A model generated the notes under the pieces. The model did not search any database. It was not told where the DNA came from and worked only from the letters and a program-made list of their open reading frames with translations. Positions 59,501 to 64,000 of a stretch of DNA of 64,000 nt are shown in pieces. This stretch comes from Paraphysomonas bandaiensis (Eukaryota; Protista; Chrysophyceae), in the NCBI GenBank assembly GCA_965644295.1, contig CBFFRP010000358.1, forward strand, positions 62,001 to 126,000, written 5' to 3'. The translations under genes were made by a program, and so were the position numbers. The first letter of the stretch is position 1, and every line of letters begins with the position of its first letter.

Positions 59501-62500
59501 TAAGAACAAAGTTAACTGCTCTGGATGATAGCCACGACCCAAAGTTACGACGTGATGAGGAATCTTTGGTCTGTAGCTTGAGGGATGGTTCTTATTTAAC
59601 ACTGTCACTAGAAAGAAAGGTATATCTACTACAGTTGCTGTGCACTGAGATGTTGGGGACGTCAACTTGTAGGAGCTACATAGATCAGGTGGCTGATCTC
59701 AAAATGCGAGCAGAGAAAAATAAGGCATCTGAGCGCAAGTCGCGTTGTGGGGCTGATGTGGAAGGCAAAGTACCTAGACCCATGAGCAGAGGTAGTCGAG
59801 GTGTGAAGCGCTCACTGGACGGCGCGAACAAGGATGACGACACTGATGCTGGAGAGAACGACGGGAACGTGATATCAGTAGATAACTGTACCAAAATCCC
59901 CGAATCCATTGATAGCAGTGCTTCAGTGGCAGCTTGTGAAGAGTCGCGTGAGCAAAAATACGATCATTCCCAGGTTGAATTGCGTTTTTCTCCTGTGGGT
60001 TGTGATAGAGATGGTCGGGAGTACTGGATATTTCCACACGATACGCATCCTCATAGGCTCTTCGTCATGAACACCATAAGTCCGGAGTGCATTGTGTACA
60101 GCACTGTTGAAGACATTCAGAGGGTTATAGACTGGCTGAGTATATGGGGCGTGAAAGAATCGATGCTTAAAAAGTTTTTGACTACATGGCTAGAGGACAA
60201 AATGCACAAACCCCAGAAGGTTGAGGTTACGGAGGAGGATAATGACAGAACTTGTGAGACAGTTGCATGCCCAGCGGGCAATGATGCTCTAGTTGGAACT
60301 GTGTTGGACAATAGGGAGAATGCTGATAGTAACCAGGTAGCCCAGCCTGCTGTGGTCACGACAAATGATATGCCTGGCCACTGCTCCCTCTTCCCAGTTC
60401 ACGTCACACTTACTGCCAAGGGCCAAATGGAGGCTGGTGTTAAAGACCTCGATGGACGAGTGGTGCTAACCACCTTCAAGTACAATAGTAACAACACCAG
60501 CTGCGCGAAGGAGTGTGGACTCCGTATTGGAGATCAGATAGTAGCTGTGAATGGTACAGCAGTTTGTGAAATTGCTTCACTCCAGAGGTGTATAAAGAGA
60601 GCCGTATCTAATGCTCGGGATAAAATGGCAACCACTTCCGATTCTAATTGCGAATCTGGTTCTTCGGAGAAGGCGATGGAGCGCCCGAAACTTTTCGTAC
60701 TTGTGCTACGCCATCCCGATCCACTCTCTTTACCTGCTTTCAAACTTGCGCACAATGTGGACAGTGAGCTCAGAGATGCGCTACACTCTCAGGTCAACGA
60801 TGATAAGGCCAGGTTAAGTAATTCTAAAGAAGACTCAATCTATCGGTCAGTGACCAAATGTGACAATTACGCTCCAAAGCGGTTTTGCGGCTTGTTTTTG
60901 CAGATGCTCTTTGATATACGGAACTGCTATTCGACAAACCCGCGCTGGATGGGAAATGACATGAGGGCCTTGCTGGAGACAGTTGCGGGACTGTTTGGAT
61001 CCAAAATTGCTGTTGACACCGAAACTGTTGTGGTATCTCTAAGAAGGTGCCTACTTGAGATGGAAAATGTGTTGTTTATTTCTGGGCGTACATTGCGCAA
61101 ATTCTGGTTGGAAGGTCGATACAGATACAAATGGCGGGTCTCTTGTATGCGTGCTCGCGGATATGGCATGCTCTCTGTTTCTCTAGCTATTCTGCATGCC
61201 GCTGTTGACTGGGCTGTCATTGAAGATGCTACTCTTCCAATGGATCGAACAGCATGGATGCAGCTGTGCCATCGGGCGCATCGCATCAATGCACCTACAC
61301 CAATGGACACGGTGGTCTTTTATCCTGAAGGGCTCAGAATTGCAACGAAGGCTATTGTAAACAACGGCCATATAGAGTTGCCTGGAATTTCGTGCACTAC
61401 CAAATTGGATGACTTCGGGGATAGCGGTTTTCTTTGTCAGGTTCTAACAGTTCGACTGTATAGCGGTGGACCCCGCATGAATCCGAGTGACTGCTGTCCG
61501 TACTTTAGGCTGGACCTCAAGGTAATGCCTACATATGCAGGGGTCGCTTATCGTCCCGTATTGCTGCCGTACAATGAACCCTCTATGGCTCTTCATGTTA
61601 AACAGACACGGCTCTACAACCGTATACTCAATGTACTGCATGCGATGCCAGAGGCATTGCCTTTTGTCAATCCCGTGTCACGTCAAGACTATCCTGACTA
61701 CTACACTGTTGTGCGTCACCCAATGGATCTTACCAGCATATCCCTGAAGGTCAAACATGGGTCGTACCACAGTACTGAGGAATTTAGGAGCGATGTTGAG
61801 CGCATTTTGGTCAATTGTAAGATGTACTGCACCGACAGATTTCCTGATATGATACCTTTAGCCGAGGAGGTGTATGATGTTACTGTGGGACTGTTGAACA
61901 AACTTAAAAGTGAGCTCGCTGGAAATATCAATGGAGATGGCACTGACGAAGAACCCGTTGTTGATGTAAGCAGCGAAAGGCACAGTCTTGATAGTCGTCG
62001 TAGCCCCGTGCGCGAGGCGCTACCCACACCTGAACAAGACGTCAGCGCTGTACGAGGTAATTTTGTGAATGCAATATATATAAATTACGAAGTCATATGT
62101 CGTTGAGTATAAAAATTAGAATAAATACATTGGAAATGTTAGTTGTTATTAACTGCGAATTTAGGTACCACTCCGCCGTCCTGCTCACGAAATCTTCTCT
62201 CGACTTCTCGTCCCCAAGCTACCACTCACCCTCTCCCCATACCTTCTACTCGTTCGATGGCCCCACAGCCTCTATCGAACTCAGTATTAACTGTTTGTAT
62301 TCCTGCAAACAAACGACTATGTGAAAATGAATGCATAGTTGATCTTGTGGCATACAATAAGAGTTTAGGACGCTTCAGATACGCCTGTGAAGATAGGGTG
62401 GTTCTTAAGAAGTATGGAGCAATCAAAGAGAACCAAAATAACCCATCGGTTGAGTCGCAGTATGTAAGTTCTTATTTTCAGCAGTGGTGTATTTGCGTTT

Positions 62501-62922
62501 TATATTTAGGAGTTATTTGTATCTAACTCTCAGATTAGCGAAGTGCATGGAATATCTTGTATCTATGATTATTTATTTCGTTATTGTATCGCAGTGGATA
62601 TAGGCTCATATAATTCTTGTGCAGGGCGCCATAGTTGGCTGTAAAAACAGTACTGATACGATCATCCCATACAAGTGGTTAAATGTGAGTCGAGCTTTCT
62701 GTCACTGTGCAATCCGTGTGTAATGTTTAGTTTATATTTACTGCCTCAGTTTAGTAAGTGCCAGAAAACTGCATCCTCTATTCTAAAATATATTTATGAC
62801 ATCCTTGTGTAACATTTGTTTAGGTTGAGTGGGATCTATTGGATGACATATTCTCATCTGTTAACCCATGGGAAGTGTCTCTTGTGAACTCGTCGAAAGG
62901 AAAGAAAGATCTAGTACAGTGA
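56536..62922 (+). CDS. Large multi-exon chromatin regulator: RFTS-like, Tudor/chromo-barrel x2, DDT, bromodomain x2, WHIM/WSD, PDZ, BRWD-like C-terminus
   Basis: WCIDYS...LWLIS...WYRV (RFTS-like); HFKGWNSKHDEWI (chromo-barrel); LRVWSCLMNFRAYL (DDT); LSLERKVYLLQLLC (WHIM1); PVGCDRDGREYWIF (WSD); GLRIGDQIVAVNG (PDZ); PFVNPV...YPDYYTVVRHPMDL (bromo); VNPWEV. 3' exons less certain. Confidence 0.82.
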
Positions 62923-63449
62923 TACTGGGTGTGCTACTTTTAACTAGGAATTATTGAGCTAGAAATATTTTGTATTATACACTCTTTGTTACAATAATAA
63001 TAAATAAAGCATTTTATCTGAACATATATTCATTGTGGGGTGAAACATACAAAAATACATCACCTACGGTATTATATATAACATAAATAATTACACAATT
63101 TTCTTATACCAGCACTATGATGGGGATACTATGTAATTCAGTTAACTATAAATTTAATATTAAAGTATTTTCTGCAGCCGGGACGTCCCCTCATTTTCAT
63201 ATTCAGAAGCTATGCACATCGCTGTGTGTAGTTAGAATTTAGAATTATACGGCGTATTTATAAATAATTGGGGGGCAATAGAGTGTCAGGTGGAAATCAA
63301 ATATCTTACTTCGTGTCCTATATAAAAGTAAATATACGAAGTAGAGCGAATAAGTTCATACATATCTTTTAAACATTCACTCCTACAAACATACTGCACT
63401 GATACATATTAGTGTGTGTGTAATGTAACTAAAAATAAAATATATTTCA

Positions 63450-63863
63450 TCAGACGCAACTCTTCTGACTCGGAATTTCAATGACTATCCAGCTATTGCA
63501 GCAGGTCTTGTGGAGACTCCACTGTATTCCTCTATCGTAGTATTTAGGAGACATACTCACTTGATCGAGTTCATTAATGAGGCGCTGCTCTGCTCGAGAT
63601 ATACAAACTCTTGGACAAAACAGCGACGCACCCAAACTACACGGAGCACACGCATAGCCAAACACGTAGCACATCGTGCACGGCCAGAACTCGGCAATAG
63701 CTTCATTTATCTTCTCCATGCTCCTCTCAAAGTCAGATTGAGAGATGTGACCGTTGAGTTCAGCGGGATACGCGGAGTCATAACTGCTCGATATGCCTGA
63801 CAAGAACTTGAGTCCAACTGCTCTGCACCGCACAGTTACCACACCCTTTCCAGATGATGACAT
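63450..63863 (-). CDS. GOLGA7/ERF4-family small Cys-rich protein
   Basis: YPAELNGHISQSDFERSMEKINE...CYVFGYACAPCSLG...YYDRGIQW; real ATG at 63863, upstream MYVC is microsatellite. Confidence 0.7.
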   Translation of the reverse strand: MSSSGKGVVTVRCRAVGLKFLSGISSSYDSAYPAELNGHISQSDFERSMEKINEAIAEFWPCTMCYVFGYACAPCSLGASLFCPRVCISRAEQRLINELDQVSMSPKYYDRGIQWSLHKTCCNSWIVIEIPSQKSCV

Positions 63864-63916
63864 CAATTCAACTAGAAGGAAGAAGGATGAACTACCCTCA
63901 TAACAACTTCCTGCTA

Positions 63917-64000
63917 TACATACATACATACATACATACATACATACATACATACATACATACATACATACATACATACATACATACATACATACATACA
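63917..64000. repeat. (CATA)n microsatellite running off the window end
   Basis: Perfect TACA array 53 bp upstream of the ERF4-like ATG. Confidence 0.97.

Noticed and set aside
63917-64000. Telomere at the window end
   Set aside because: The same (TACA)n repeat occurs internally three times and is not a G-rich telomeric motif.
1-64000. tRNA, rRNA or snoRNA genes
   Set aside because: None recognisable by eye; tRNAscan-SE and Infernal, especially on the RPS5 introns, would be needed to exclude them.

Overview
Eukaryotic genomic DNA (GT-AG introns, TE-rich AT-rich spacers), almost certainly from a stramenopile, because it carries Sig/Ocm-type mastigoneme EGF genes; the P/T-stalk surface proteins suggest an ochrophyte such as a chrysophyte. 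About 16 host genes are present: ceramide synthase, a GT-B glycosyltransferase, two inverted mastigoneme genes, an Mpo1-like protein, an ankyrin protein, an FG-GAP membrane protein, a PhyH-like dioxygenase, a reeler/DOMON ferric reductase, acetate kinase, a GT11-like protein, a sulfotransferase, a Qbc-SNARE, RPS5, a large bromodomain/DDT chromatin protein and an ERF4/GOLGA7-like protein. Twelve of them sit in six tight head-to-head pairs. Mobile DNA includes a full-length Copia with identical LTRs, several Copia relics, a Ginger-like DNA transposon inserted in a (CATA)n array, hAT-type MITEs, a TA-flanked TIR element and LINE fragments. The most striking structure is a 9.4-kb unit (20974-30405). 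It is bounded by two inverted copies of a 285-bp TGCCCCAT...ATGGGGCA MITE, flanked by a 5-bp direct repeat (CAGTG), has arms extended to about 1.1 kb that end in (CATA)n arrays, and carries an intact FG-GAP surface-protein gene. It looks like a MITE-built composite transposon that mobilises a host gene. Other highlights are the homogenised inverted mastigoneme gene pair and a SNAP-25-like SNARE with an embedded dysferlin-type domain. All comparisons were made by eye; no database searches were run.
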